Positions 1 through 8,910 of a DNA stretch of 38,094 nucleotides are shown piece after piece (positions within the stretch are counted from its first letter, which is position 1; every line of letters starts with the position of its first letter). This DNA is from a virus. Its lineage: Duplodnaviria > Caudoviricetes. The notes beneath the pieces are model-generated. The model saw only the letters and a list, made by a program, of their open reading frames with translations, did no database searches and was not told the DNA's origin. The position numbers were made by a program, and so were the translations under genes. The DNA lies in the IMG/VR virus record IMGVR_UViG_3300007643_000034, positions 1 through 38,094 of that record, one strand, 5' to 3'.

Positions 1-556
1 CGCGCCGGCAAACAATGAACAGCCGCACACGCCGCGTTGCTTCACCGTATTCCGCAGCGTTCAGCAGCTTCCACTCGACGTGATACCCGTGCGCTCGGAT
101 CGCCGCGACCCAAGAGTTGAAGATCTCGCCGGCCTTGGATTTCAGCTTCTTGCCATCGGTGCTGATGGGGCCCCACTTGAGAAACTCACGGACGTTCTCA
201 AACACGCACCACTTCGGCCGGAATCGCTCGATCCAGTCGAGCACACGCCAGGCGGATGTTCGCCGTTGGTCGTTGATGGGGGCCGCGCCCCGGGCGTTGC
301 TATGATGCGTACACTCCACCCCTCCCATCACTACGTCGATTTCCGGCAAGTCGTGTTCGCTGCGAAGGTCCATGTCCTCGATGCGTGCGCAAATGTGCCG
401 CGTGCGAGGGTGGTTGTGTTCATGCGTGAAGATCGCCGTGCGCCAATGATTCACGGCAAGCACCACGTCGACGGCTCCGGATTGCTCCGCGCCGAGGGTC
501 ATGCCGCCGGCTCCGCAAAAGAGGTCGACCGCTCTGTATCTTGTTGATGCAATCAT
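1..556 (-). CDS. C5 cytosine DNA methyltransferase (N-terminal part; runs off the window)
   Basis: Hand translation from ATG at 556 (ATGA overlap with the ASCH gene): MIASTRYRAVDLFCGAGG (motif I)...GGVECTHHS (motif IV Cys)...FENVREF (motif VI)...LNAAEYGEATRRVRLF (motif VIII). Not in the ORF track because the stop lies outside the window. Confidence 0.9.
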   Translation of the reverse strand, partial: MIASTRYRAVDLFCGAGGMTLGAEQSGAVDVVLAVNHWRTAIFTHEHNHPRTRHICARIEDMDLRSEHDLPEIDVVMGGVECTHHSNARGAAPINDQRRTSAWRVLDWIERFRPKWCVFENVREFLKWGPISTDGKKLKSKAGEIFNSWVAAIRAHGYHVEWKLLNAAEYGEATRRVRLFIVCRR

Positions 557-1050
557 TGGTGCGCTTTCGTTGTCTTCATCGCTTTGGCGGTCACGTTGCC
601 GTGAACCTCAAATAAGCCTTGCTTGCCGCGATAGGGAATGGGCTCTTCAAACCGCCGAACGTCCTCAAGCACCCAGCAGAACTTCCCCTCGACATGCTGG
701 TGGGAATCCAGCCACGGAAAGCGCCGGCGGTAGTACGTCGGGATCTCGGTGACTATTCCGCCGTGACGGTTTCTGTAAGTGCGAAGCTCGAAGCACCCAG
801 CTAATTCGGCGACGCCAACAAAAGCGCCAAACGCCATGGCCGACAGGGGAACGTCGTAGGTGCCGTCGAACTCTTCGCCGTCCTCTTCCTGTTCGATTTC
901 AAGCCACTGGCGAGACTTGCCGGCGTGAATCAAGAGGGGACCTCGATACTTGGTCGGCCAGCAACGGTTCTCGACACGCTTTGCACGATCATCCTCGTCC
1001 GGTAGGCAGATCAGGTGAGCGTACGGTTGGCAGATCGTTAGAGCTTTCAC
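553..1050 (-). CDS. ASCH domain protein
   Basis: KALTICQPYAHLI...KRVENRCWPTKYRGPLLIHAGK...PIPYRGKQGLF matches the ASCH signature. Confidence 0.85.
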   Translation of the reverse strand: MKALTICQPYAHLICLPDEDDRAKRVENRCWPTKYRGPLLIHAGKSRQWLEIEQEEDGEEFDGTYDVPLSAMAFGAFVGVAELAGCFELRTYRNRHGGIVTEIPTYYRRRFPWLDSHQHVEGKFCWVLEDVRRFEEPIPYRGKQGLFEVHGNVTAKAMKTTKAHQ

Positions 1051-1376
1051 TCTCCACCTCCACAGCGACAGTTGATCAGTCGCTCCAAACAGTCAGGACA
1101 GGACTCTCGCTCTTGGGGGTCGTTTTGAAGACCCGACTCCCTTGGCAAGCACGATTCCAAGAGGCCAACCAGTGGTCGGACCTGCGCACGCACCGCGTCT
1201 GAATCGCTGCCAGCCAAGAGCAGCCTGAGTCCGGTCGCATATTGCGCGGCGTCGTACCGGTTGACGTGGACGCCAGCGTCAGACAGACCGCTGGTGACGG
1301 TTATCACTCGACCGAGGTTCACCTCTTGGCCGAGTTCCACTCCTTGAAGATCGCTTTGAAGATTCAATCCACTCAT
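1047..1376 (-). CDS. hypothetical protein
   Basis: Overlaps the ASCH start by 4 nt, same strand; C-terminal CxxC/CxC. Confidence 0.5.
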   Translation of the reverse strand: MSGLNLQSDLQGVELGQEVNLGRVITVTSGLSDAGVHVNRYDAAQYATGLRLLLAGSDSDAVRAQVRPLVGLLESCLPRESGLQNDPQERESCPDCLERLINCRCGGGE

Positions 1377-1758
1377 CGACTTCCTCCTGAGTAATTCGAT
1401 TAGGTGCGTTGGGGTTCACTAAAAAGTTGAAGGCTTGTAGGTCGTAGTGTTCCGGTGAGAACGTCTTGAGGACCGCCAGTTGCCTCGCCTGTGGCCAGTT
1501 GGCCTTGTCCATGACTTCTGACTGGTTGCAGTGGAAGCACAGAACTAGAATCGCGTAGGGTTGATCGAGAGCCGCTTGGCGAAGAGGACCGTTGGCGATC
1601 TCGTGACAGCACAACTGGTTGGATTCAGGAAGACGGTGCTTTTTCTTTTTCGGGCTGGCGCCGCAGATCATGCACTCACCGGCTTTGGTGATCAAAGCGT
1701 CTCGGATTGGCTTGGATTCCGCCTCCCGGCGTCTACGTTTTGCGGATTTGAATCGCAT
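1279..1758 (-). CDS. HNH-like Zn-binding protein
   Basis: Likely start MRFKSAK at 1758; CMIC...HEI...VLCFHCN pattern resembles HNH/NinG-type nucleases. Confidence 0.5.
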   Translation of the reverse strand: MRFKSAKRRRREAESKPIRDALITKAGECMICGASPKKKKHRLPESNQLCCHEIANGPLRQAALDQPYAILVLCFHCNQSEVMDKANWPQARQLAVLKTFSPEHYDLQAFNFLVNPNAPNRITQEEVDEWIESSKRSSRSGTRPRGEPRSSDNRHQRSV

Positions 1759-1760
1759 TT

Positions 1761-1973
1761 CTATTTCTCTCTCTTCCCTCGCCCGAGAGTTCGCACCGGA
1801 ACTTGGTAGCGATCCGACCACTCTTTAGCCTGCTGTTTCGCGTAGTCGTGCTTCCGTTCGCCGTGGTAGGTTCTCTGGCGAAGAACGCCGCCGAAAACGT
1901 CGATCAACTCGACGTACGAACCGTTCAAGACAACGTGATTCGACGCCGACATGAGGTGGAATTCGGAAAGCAT
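1761..1973 (-). CDS. hypothetical protein
   Basis: Packs tightly into the minus-strand operon. Confidence 0.5.
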   Translation of the reverse strand: MLSEFHLMSASNHVVLNGSYVELIDVFGGVLRQRTYHGERKHDYAKQQAKEWSDRYQVPVRTLGRGKREK

Positions 1974-2009
1974 GGCGAACCGTCCTTGCTTCAGGTTTCA
2001 GGCTCTTGT

Positions 2010-2198
2010 TCAGGTTTTGTTTCGGTAGCCAATGAACCGGCCGCAGCGACCGCACACCGTGCGGATACGTCCGCCCGTGTTGGTGTCGACCCAGTTGCTT
2101 GGATCGCACCAAGTGCCGCAAAGGTCTTCATTAGAGTTATCGCTAGACTGTGCCACCGTGGCACAAATAGGTACGTCAAAAGTCGTAGTCGTCTCCAC
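2010..2198 (-). CDS. small Cys-rich (Zn-finger-like) protein
   Basis: C..WC...[11 protein letters not shown]; overlaps the end of the upstream gene; contains palindrome copy 1. Confidence 0.4.
   Translation of the reverse strand: METTTTFDVPICATVAQSSDNSNEDLCGTWCDPSNWVDTNTGGRIRTVCGRCGRFIGYRNKT
2128..2156 (-). promoter_or_regulatory. phage promoter-like motif copy A
   Basis: Minus strand GTGGCACA-gtctag-CGATAACTC-TAATGA. Confidence 0.65.
2150..2164. repeat. 15-bp palindrome copy 1 (central C variant)
   Basis: GTGCCACCGTGGCAC. Confidence 0.9.
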
Positions 2199-2433
2199 CT
2201 GACGCCTCCTTTTTTTCGCCGTTCGGCTTGTCTTTGGATTTGTTTTTTTGCTTGTCCTTCGGTTTCACCGACAGAGACAGAAACTTCCCCGAACCGTTTC
2301 GGCGTTCTTTGATCCAGCCGTCGAGGTAGAACTCTTCACCGCTTATGGTGAGGCTGCCGGTGTAGTCGGCGTGATTGGGTTGTGTCTTGCGGTCGTTCTT
2401 CGAGAGAATCCCGCTGTTGTCGTACTCAGGCAT
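2176..2433 (-). CDS. small phage ssDNA-binding-like protein (DUF736-like)
   Basis: KNDRK...[22 protein letters not shown]...GKFLSLSV, with an acidic-aromatic tail DDYDF. Confidence 0.6.
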   Translation of the reverse strand: MPEYDNSGILSKNDRKTQPNHADYTGSLTISGEEFYLDGWIKERRNGSGKFLSLSVKPKDKQKNKSKDKPNGEKKEASGGDDYDF

Positions 2434-2755
2434 GGCTGTCCTCGGGGTCAGTTTCCGGGTTTGCGTCGAGTTGTGATTTGATCTCTTGGACCGTGGCGGC
2501 CAGTTGGGTGAACAGGTCTCGCGCTCGGTCGATACGCTGGTCGTTGTCGGCTGTGCGATCGGCTAGGCTCTCGACCTGGCCGGCCAACTTGCGAACGGCG
2601 GCGAACATTTTCTCTTGGCGTTCAATGTTCTTTTTGTAGTCCTCATGGATCTGGTTGAGCCTCAGACCCAGGTAGGCGATCGAGAGTTTGGCGTTGCTCT
2701 CCAATAGCTTGTCGACCTCCTCTACGCTGGCGGCGATTTGCTGCTGTCTGGTCAT
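2426..2755 (-). CDS. coiled-coil hypothetical protein
   Basis: Overlaps both neighbours; helical heptad-like composition. Confidence 0.6.
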   Translation of the reverse strand: MTRQQQIAASVEEVDKLLESNAKLSIAYLGLRLNQIHEDYKKNIERQEKMFAAVRKLAGQVESLADRTADNDQRIDRARDLFTQLAATVQEIKSQLDANPETDPEDSHA

Positions 2756-3426
2756 GGAGAAGCCTTCCCTTCGGGTTCAAGATAGAGTTCCGCAAACCGC
2801 TGCTGCGCGGCACACAGCCAGCCAGCGTCGGCAAGGTTGTAGTCGCGACCGGGAAGGCCGTCGTCGATGTAGCTTTGATCGATTTCGTATAGTCGTTCGT
2901 AAAGCTCATGTTCCATTGGCTCGCTGCCGTATTCCCAGCACTCGTTTACGAGAATCGATTGCAGCGCATCCCGTTCGCTTGGCGGCGTGTCGTCGTCCGC
3001 GATCCATTCTTGGATGTACTGCTTTGCGACTTCCCACTGCCATTCCTTCGCGAGGAACTTTGAGCAGAGGTAGGTTCCCGCCGCTCTGGAAAACCAAGCG
3101 AAGTCATAGCCGCCCGTCGACACGCATCCGTGAGGTCCGCCTATCGTCAGGTCGCCGACTAGCACCAAGTGGGCAGCAACCTGGGCGATGTTCAGGGAGT
3201 ACATTCCCGTTCCTGGTCTGCGCAAAAGCATGTGGTTGTCGTCGATTCGTTCTAGAACGTGGTCGGCTAACGCCTTAGTCATGTGCGGTTCGATGTAGTT
3301 CACGGGTTCCTCCCAGTGTTGATTAAAAACGCCGCAACCGAAGCTCGCTTTCGCGATCGCCTTAAGCCGACAATCGACATGCCTGCGGCCACTTCGGTTT
3401 GCGACTTGCGGCAACGCGCCGCTCAT
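2752..3426 (-). CDS. hypothetical phage protein
   Basis: 224-aa ORF with ATGA overlaps; protein-like composition. Confidence 0.65.
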   Translation of the reverse strand: MSGALPQVANRSGRRHVDCRLKAIAKASFGCGVFNQHWEEPVNYIEPHMTKALADHVLERIDDNHMLLRRPGTGMYSLNIAQVAAHLVLVGDLTIGGPHGCVSTGGYDFAWFSRAAGTYLCSKFLAKEWQWEVAKQYIQEWIADDDTPPSERDALQSILVNECWEYGSEPMEHELYERLYEIDQSYIDDGLPGRDYNLADAGWLCAAQQRFAELYLEPEGKASP

Positions 3427-3452
3427 TCACCGAGAAATAGAAGCCCGGCTAG

Positions 3453-3495
3453 TGGCAGGTGAGCGAATCGAACGCTCACGGAATCCAATCCTGCC
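3453..3495 (-). ncRNA. tRNA-like minihelix (acceptor stem + T arm only)
   Basis: GGCAGG-ATTGGATTCCGT-GAGCG TTCGATT CGCTC-A-CCTGCC-A; no D arm or anticodon arm. Confidence 0.55.
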
Positions 3496-3656
3496 ATGTT
3501 GCTGGACTCAACATATATCCAGCGTGGTCGCTTACAGCTTTGGCTCGACTCGCCCCCGTTGGTCTTCTCCTGCGGGATGTAGTTGGATTTGTCCCGGTGT
3601 ACTCCGGCTGCATGCCATCCCAACGCTAGGCAAGCAATCCCTTGGGATTAGTACAG

Positions 3657-3779
3657 TGGCTCCGGCAGGACTCGAACCTGCATAGATTGATCCGGCTACT
3701 CAATTCACCACTCGGAGGATCAGACCGAGAATCCTTTAGCCCTCTCGGGCACAGCGTCTACCAATTCCGCCACGGAGCC
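3657..3779 (-). tRNA. aberrant 123-nt tRNA-Leu-like element without a canonical anticodon arm
   Basis: Perfect acceptor GGCTCCG/CGGAGCC plus A73, Leu-type D arm GCG-GAATTGGTAGA-CGC and T arm GCAGG-TTCGAGT-CCTGC. The central ~70 nt do not form a 5-bp stem with a 7-nt anticodon loop. Confidence 0.7.
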
Positions 3780-4111
3780 ATGTTGCCCACTTTGCTGAGG
3801 TGTGGGCGGACCTCGTAACGCCTTTTCGGCTACGGCAGTTCATGCCGCGTAAGTGCTCTCAACAAGGGCCGCGCGGGTGCAGGGGGCGCGGCGCCCAACA
3901 TCAAACGAACCCAGAGGGGTACCGGCCACGCATTGAATAGCGAGCAAAAGCGAATGCACGCCGGTTTATGCAATTGTCGCGTTTACCCCATTCGCGATTC
4001 GTTCTTAACTCGATCTCGAATTGACACTCCCAATCACCGGCAGCGGCGAAGGCGACAATTGCGACCAGTAGAAATGCACCTGGGTTCATTCTGAATTCCC
4101 GTTTGAGTTAG

Positions 4112-4189
4112 TGGCCATCGCGAGACTCGAACCCGCGTGCGGTATCGCTATGCTCCGAGCAGCCCAATCCCGCAGAAACCTTCCTGGCC
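4112..4189 (-). ncRNA. tRNA-like element lacking a D stem
   Basis: GGCCA-GGAAGGTTTC-TGCGG...CCGCA-CGCGGG TTCGAGT CTCGCG-A-TGGCC-A. Confidence 0.55.
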
Positions 4190-4199
4190 AAATTATTTT

Positions 4200-4214
4200 G
4201 TGCCACTGTGGCAC
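4200..4214. repeat. 15-bp palindrome copy 2
   Basis: GTGCCACTGTGGCAC, 2 nt past the helicase stop. Confidence 0.95.
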
Positions 4215-4216
4215 AG

Positions 4217-5818
4217 TTAGCCACCGCTTTTAACTGTCCTCAGGTCCTTCACGTGTACGTCTTTGACTCTTCTGTGCCACTGCATGGAATTGGTCGGCAT
4301 GTTGTTCAGGTCCCTTGGCGGCCAGTAGCCGTGCGTCCGAACGAAGAACGCTTCCATTTGAGCAAACGTCTTGTTGAGACCTTTGTTCTTGTATCCCCAG
4401 TACATGTTGTCCCAGAGTCGTTGCGTGTTGCTGCGGCGCTGAACGTGCTTGCGGGGTATCAGGTCGCCGTCACGGGTCACCATGCGGCCGTCTTCCATGA
4501 TCACTTCACGGCGGCTCTTGGCGTGCTCGTATCCGCAGTGGGGACACTTGGGTCCGTGCAGTCGCTCGCCTTCGCACTTGGGACACCGGATCGGTTCGGG
4601 GGTGTCGCCGTTGCGTATTTCGTTCTCGTGCAACTGAGAAGCCACTGCGTTGCTAAGGGTCCAGAGCGTTTCCCAATCTCGATCGTGGTTGGGGGACCCG
4701 TGCCTCAGGTAATTGCCGCCGTGGTCAGTGATCAGAGCAGCGTCTTTTCCGGGCGCCGACCTTAGGCACCGGCCGACGGTCTGCAAGTAGCTGGCCAGCG
4801 AGCCAATCGGCGTGGCCAGAATCACTTGGTAGACGGAAGGCAAGTCAACGCCTTCGCGCAATTTGAATCTTGAGCTGATCCCCTTGAACGTTCCGTCTGT
4901 AACCTTCCCCAAAATGTCGTCCCACAGGTTTCGGTTGAGCGTGTATCGCTTGCCGCCAAAGTATGCGTCGGTGGCGTCAACATGCACCCAAGGGATTCCG
5001 GCCGCTTCGAACTGTTGCGTTCCCCAGACCGATTCCGGCTTGCCTGGCCAGTAGGCCATGGTTGGCCGTGCGTCTGGGTTGTACTTCTTCCAGCGATCAA
5101 TCACGTTTCCGACGATCGTCTGCGTGTAGACCTTGCGTTTCTCGGCGCCAAGATCGTATTCACCCGTGGCGGTGCGTTTGATCTTCGATAAGTCTGGTTG
5201 TTCGATTGACTTCACGACACCCGGCACCAGCAAGCCGCAATTGCGGAATTCTTTCAGTGTTCCCGACACAACTAACTTGAGGTTGTCGGTCATTTGGTGA
5301 AGGCCGATCGGCGTGGCTGAGAGCAGAACCACCTTGGCGCCGTTGCTCTTGTGGTCAGCGATGATTTGCTTCATCGTCTGACCCTTCTGTATGTGAGCTT
5401 CGTCCACGACGACTAGGCCGCAGTCGTGGCGAGGCCATACAGGATTTTCGCCGTAGACTCTCACCCGCTCAGTGTTCGCGCTGGCGATCTGAGTCGGTGC
5501 GTGAGGGTAGAACCCGTCTTCGTGATCGGCTGCGCGGATTCCAAAATCCAATCCAAGCGACGCGAACCGGTCCGAAGTCTGGGTCACCAACGCTTTCCGG
5601 TTGACGTAGAAACTGCCGCCTCCAAGCTCCTTCTCTGCCCAACGCAGCAGTTCAGTAGCCATGCGAGTTTTGCCTGAACCTGTCGGCGACTGAAGACAAA
5701 CGTCGTGGCCTGCGCGGATCAAGTTGACGACCTGCCAATAGGCTCTCTCTTGTGGAACCTTGAGTCCAGCAGCGGGTATCGCTAAGTCAGTTGTGGTAGA
5801 AGAAGTTGCGATCGTCAT
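4217..5818 (-). CDS. superfamily 2 (DEAH) helicase with C-terminal Zn finger
   Basis: SPTGSGKT Walker A, DEAH, SATP, EGVD, QTVGRCLR, CPKC/CPHC. Confidence 0.92.
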   Translation of the reverse strand: MTIATSSTTTDLAIPAAGLKVPQERAYWQVVNLIRAGHDVCLQSPTGSGKTRMATELLRWAEKELGGGSFYVNRKALVTQTSDRFASLGLDFGIRAADHEDGFYPHAPTQIASANTERVRVYGENPVWPRHDCGLVVVDEAHIQKGQTMKQIIADHKSNGAKVVLLSATPIGLHQMTDNLKLVVSGTLKEFRNCGLLVPGVVKSIEQPDLSKIKRTATGEYDLGAEKRKVYTQTIVGNVIDRWKKYNPDARPTMAYWPGKPESVWGTQQFEAAGIPWVHVDATDAYFGGKRYTLNRNLWDDILGKVTDGTFKGISSRFKLREGVDLPSVYQVILATPIGSLASYLQTVGRCLRSAPGKDAALITDHGGNYLRHGSPNHDRDWETLWTLSNAVASQLHENEIRNGDTPEPIRCPKCEGERLHGPKCPHCGYEHAKSRREVIMEDGRMVTRDGDLIPRKHVQRRSNTQRLWDNMYWGYKNKGLNKTFAQMEAFFVRTHGYWPPRDLNNMPTNSMQWHRRVKDVHVKDLRTVKSGG

Positions 5819-6765
5819 GCTTCACCGTCCTTAGAGTACGATTCACGGATCTCTTGCAGGGTGCTGCTGATTTTTCTCAGGCCTTCGTCTATGCGACGCT
5901 TCCAGTGGTTCGCCTTGATTCCGCTACCGATGCCATGATCGCCAAACACTTGATCGACAGATCGACCAAATGCGCCGCCGGCTCGCTCCGCGTTCTCGAT
6001 CAGCACCGAGGGGTCAGTTGTGACCAGCCTTGGAGGTTCAGGAAGTGGCTCTTCAGGCTTGTCAGCAGGGTCTTCGACCGGTTGAACCGGCGGTTGGTCG
6101 GTCGGCTGGACTTGAGTTTCCAGCGGAAGTGGTTCATTCTTTGGTGCGTCCTTTGCCGCTTCTTCTTTGCCTGGAAACTTCGCCTGAAGCGCGCTCGTGT
6201 CGCCATCCTTCACGGTCGCGTCGAAGAGCCTCTTCTGCTCTCGATCGCTAAGACCAGCCAAGGGCGTGACGTACTTGGCGACCTTTCCCACCGTCCGTGA
6301 TTTGATCGAGTCCTGCCACTGAGGTATGAGATTCTCAAACGACTTGGCGTAGGCGGATTGCCGGTAAACCGATCGCCTGGACTGGCCAGTTGCTTCCGCC
6401 ACCTTGCCAGCCGCGTCGCCAGTATCAGCCGTGCGATAAACCTTGAGCAGGCGACTGGCGAGCATGGATCGATCGTGGTCCAACAGGTTTCGCCTGGCCA
6501 ACTGGTTTTCCAGCATCCACGCTTCCACCGCTTGGCGATCTACAAAGCTTCGCCGTTCCACCTCAAAGGGTAGTTTGCGCCGCAGGCAGATCGCATACCG
6601 CCGGTGGCCGTCCACCAGCAGGTTTTCCTCGTCCCACACAACAATCGGTTCTTTGGCTCGTCCGAGCGAGACGATCGACTCTTCAAGTAGCTCTCGCTCA
6701 AGTTCGTTGGCTTCAGGAAGGAAATCCCGCAAGCCTTCGTCGATTGCGAATTCTGTGTCGCTCAT
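5815..6765 (-). CDS. ParB/Srx N-terminal domain protein with putative HTH
   Basis: LEESI...EPIVVW...LLVDGHRRY...ENQLARRNL, then HTH-like AAGKVAEATGQSRRSVYR. Likely ATG at 6765; the GTG at 6798 lies inside a palindrome. Confidence 0.8.
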   Translation of the reverse strand: MSDTEFAIDEGLRDFLPEANELERELLEESIVSLGRAKEPIVVWDEENLLVDGHRRYAICLRRKLPFEVERRSFVDRQAVEAWMLENQLARRNLLDHDRSMLASRLLKVYRTADTGDAAGKVAEATGQSRRSVYRQSAYAKSFENLIPQWQDSIKSRTVGKVAKYVTPLAGLSDREQKRLFDATVKDGDTSALQAKFPGKEEAAKDAPKNEPLPLETQVQPTDQPPVQPVEDPADKPEEPLPEPPRLVTTDPSVLIENAERAGGAFGRSVDQVFGDHGIGSGIKANHWKRRIDEGLRKISSTLQEIRESYSKDGEA

Positions 6766-6791
6766 GTTCTCTTCCGTGGTAATCCGCTTTG

Positions 6792-6806
6792 GTGCCACTG
6801 TGGCAC
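6792..6806. repeat. 15-bp palindrome copy 3
   Basis: GTGCCACTGTGGCAC, just upstream of the ParB-like ATG. Confidence 0.95.
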
Positions 6807-6828
6807 AAACATGACTCTGAAAAACTAA

Positions 6829-8187
6829 CTAGCTCACAATCTCAGGTTCTGGAGCGTCTGCGGAATCTTCGGGATCTTTGGCCGACCCGTCCTGAAAGAC
6901 AACCGCACACCGCGCCTCGTCGGCTTCGCTACGGGTAACCACTTCCAGCAGCATTTGGAAATCGTTCTCTTTGAGAGCATTGTCGAGAGCAGCCATGGTT
7001 TCGTTGTCCAGGTCGTTGCCGTCCTCGCAGACCAGCAGGCGAAGTTTAGGGTTGAGCGCCATGCCGACCTTTACCGAGGCCAGAACTCTCTCGGCCTTGC
7101 TGGCCTGCTCAAACGGCAGTCCGTTGAGCAGCACGCCGGATTCGTCGAGGGACATACCCGGTAACGGCCATGCGGCGTTTTCTAGTTTGCCTTGCTTCTC
7201 TTTGTCGATCGCCTCGATTCGATCGGTGAGAGACTTCGATTTCTTGCGCAGGTTTTCGACAGCCTGGAATAGTTCGGCCTTCTTTTGCTTGGCGGCGACG
7301 GCTTGGTTGATCTGATCCGCCGATCGAATCTGCTCTTCCAGGTGCGAAACGTCGATCATTGTCGCCGCTTGAGCTTCAGCGTGAAGCTTCTCTTGAGCGG
7401 TTATCTCTTCCGCCAGCGCAGGCTTGCGTTCTTCGATTTCCGCGAGACGGTCGCGAAGCTTTTCCTCTTCGGCTTCCAACTTCTCACGTTCGCTTTCGAG
7501 CCTGGCCCGTCCTTCCTTCTGTCGCGTCAGGTTGTGGCTTACTTCGCTGTTCGCGGCCTTGGCTCTCTCAAGCTGCTCGAACAGTTCCCCGGCGTTCACC
7601 GGCGTGTCTGGGGTGTCTGGCGGGACAGTCACGGCGTCGAGTTGAGCCTTCGTCGCTTTGCCTTCGCTGTTGATCCGGGTGCGTTCGCTGTACTTCTCTT
7701 TCCGTTCTTCGTCCAAGGGGGTGAAGTCCAGGCCAACTAGGTCGCGCAGCAGTGCGTCGCGATCCTTCGGCTTCGCTCGCTCGAAATCCAGAGGATCGAA
7801 CGCACGCATTTGATACAACTGCTGCAACAGCGTCCGAGGTTCTGGCGACTCTTCGCCGGTTGAGTCGAGTACGCGGATCTCGTCAACGATCTGGCCGTTT
7901 CGCTTGCGTTTGAGGAACAGTTCCACGGTGAAGCCAACGGAATCGTGAAGTTCGTCGTCCCCAGACAGGTTGACGCGAACCCAGCCTTCTTTCTCGCCTT
8001 CCTTCAAGGCGACGTCTGGCCATTCCATGCCGCGTTTGCCGCATAGAGCCATCAGCAGTGCTTTCAGTGCGGACGACTTTCCCTGGCCGTTGGCGCCGCC
8101 GACCAGCACAAGGTTGGCACCGTCCATGCTGAGGTCGACGTCGGCGATCCGCAGAACATTGCGGACGGTGTAGGACAAGATTTTCAT
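6829..8187 (-). CDS. SMC/Rad50-like ATPase
   Basis: GANGQGKSS Walker A, central coiled coil, ASKAE signature and LLVCED Walker B-like motif. Confidence 0.85.
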   Translation of the reverse strand: MKILSYTVRNVLRIADVDLSMDGANLVLVGGANGQGKSSALKALLMALCGKRGMEWPDVALKEGEKEGWVRVNLSGDDELHDSVGFTVELFLKRKRNGQIVDEIRVLDSTGEESPEPRTLLQQLYQMRAFDPLDFERAKPKDRDALLRDLVGLDFTPLDEERKEKYSERTRINSEGKATKAQLDAVTVPPDTPDTPVNAGELFEQLERAKAANSEVSHNLTRQKEGRARLESEREKLEAEEEKLRDRLAEIEERKPALAEEITAQEKLHAEAQAATMIDVSHLEEQIRSADQINQAVAAKQKKAELFQAVENLRKKSKSLTDRIEAIDKEKQGKLENAAWPLPGMSLDESGVLLNGLPFEQASKAERVLASVKVGMALNPKLRLLVCEDGNDLDNETMAALDNALKENDFQMLLEVVTRSEADEARCAVVFQDGSAKDPEDSADAPEPEIVS

Positions 8188-8233
8188 GGTTTTTCGCTCG
8201 CTGGTTAAGTGTTCAGTCTATCAAAAATAGTTT

Positions 8234-8248
8234 GTGCCACTGTGGCAC
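8234..8248. repeat. 15-bp palindrome copy 4
   Basis: GTGCCACTGTGGCAC, intergenic. Confidence 0.95.
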
Positions 8249-8277
8249 AGAACAAGGCAAACCCCAAAAATACCAGG

Positions 8278-8910
8278 CTATCCGACCCGCAATTCGGCTT
8301 CGCGCTGGGCGATCTCTTCCATCAGGTCGCGTCCCTGTTCGGCCTCAATGGTCTCGTCGGCGACCATTTCCTCAGTCTTCTCGCGTAGCTCTTCGAGCCG
8401 TTCCAGGCTGTCGGCGGTGCGGATACGACCGGCAGCGACCCGCATAAACTGGTCGCGTTTGCCGTACTTCACCCCCGCGCCTTTGACGTACTGTTCGTCC
8501 TCAAATTTCCCCATGAAAACGTCGGCAGAGAAACCAAGGTAGGACAGAGCTTTGCTGCGAGCGCTGGTGAGAAGCTTCTTGCAGCAGTCGTCGCCGTGGC
8601 GAAACTTGGCGTCGACGGTGATCTCAAAGGACGCCGTCGGATAGAAGAACTCGGCGCTGAGCATCATGGTCATTACACCGTCGTGATCCAACTGTCCCCA
8701 GCTGATCTTACGCAACCCCCAGCGAAAGCCGTACGGTCCCCACAGTTCGGTGGCTTTTTGAAGTTGGTACTGCGGATCAACGCACGTGAATTTGTACCGG
8801 CCGTTGGTTGTATCTTTGGTGTACTTCGGATCGGTTGACTGCACCCTCTTCCAGAGAGCCATGTTGGATTCTGGTTCCGTCTGCACAACATTGTTAGCTT
8901 TAATCGACAT
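8278..8910 (-). CDS. Sak/Rad52-like single-strand annealing protein
   Basis: ATELWGPYGFRWG...KKLLTSARSKALSYLGFSADVFMG; adjacent to an exonuclease gene. Confidence 0.65.
   Translation of the reverse strand: MSIKANNVVQTEPESNMALWKRVQSTDPKYTKDTTNGRYKFTCVDPQYQLQKATELWGPYGFRWGLRKISWGQLDHDGVMTMMLSAEFFYPTASFEITVDAKFRHGDDCCKKLLTSARSKALSYLGFSADVFMGKFEDEQYVKGAGVKYGKRDQFMRVAAGRIRTADSLERLEELREKTEEMVADETIEAEQGRDLMEEIAQREAELRVG

Noticed and set aside
80-547. 155-aa plus-strand ORF
   Set aside because: It is the antisense shadow of the C5 methyltransferase on the minus strand.
3657-3779. Standard tRNA-Leu(TAA) call
   Set aside because: TAA lies in a 12-nt loop without canonical U33 geometry, and the spacing from the D arm is wrong.
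3423-4089. Short ORFs 3423-3623, 3452-3685 and 3901-4089
   Set aside because: They have no recognisable motifs and overlap tRNA-like and strongly paired elements, so a non-coding reading fits better. A small peptide cannot be excluded.
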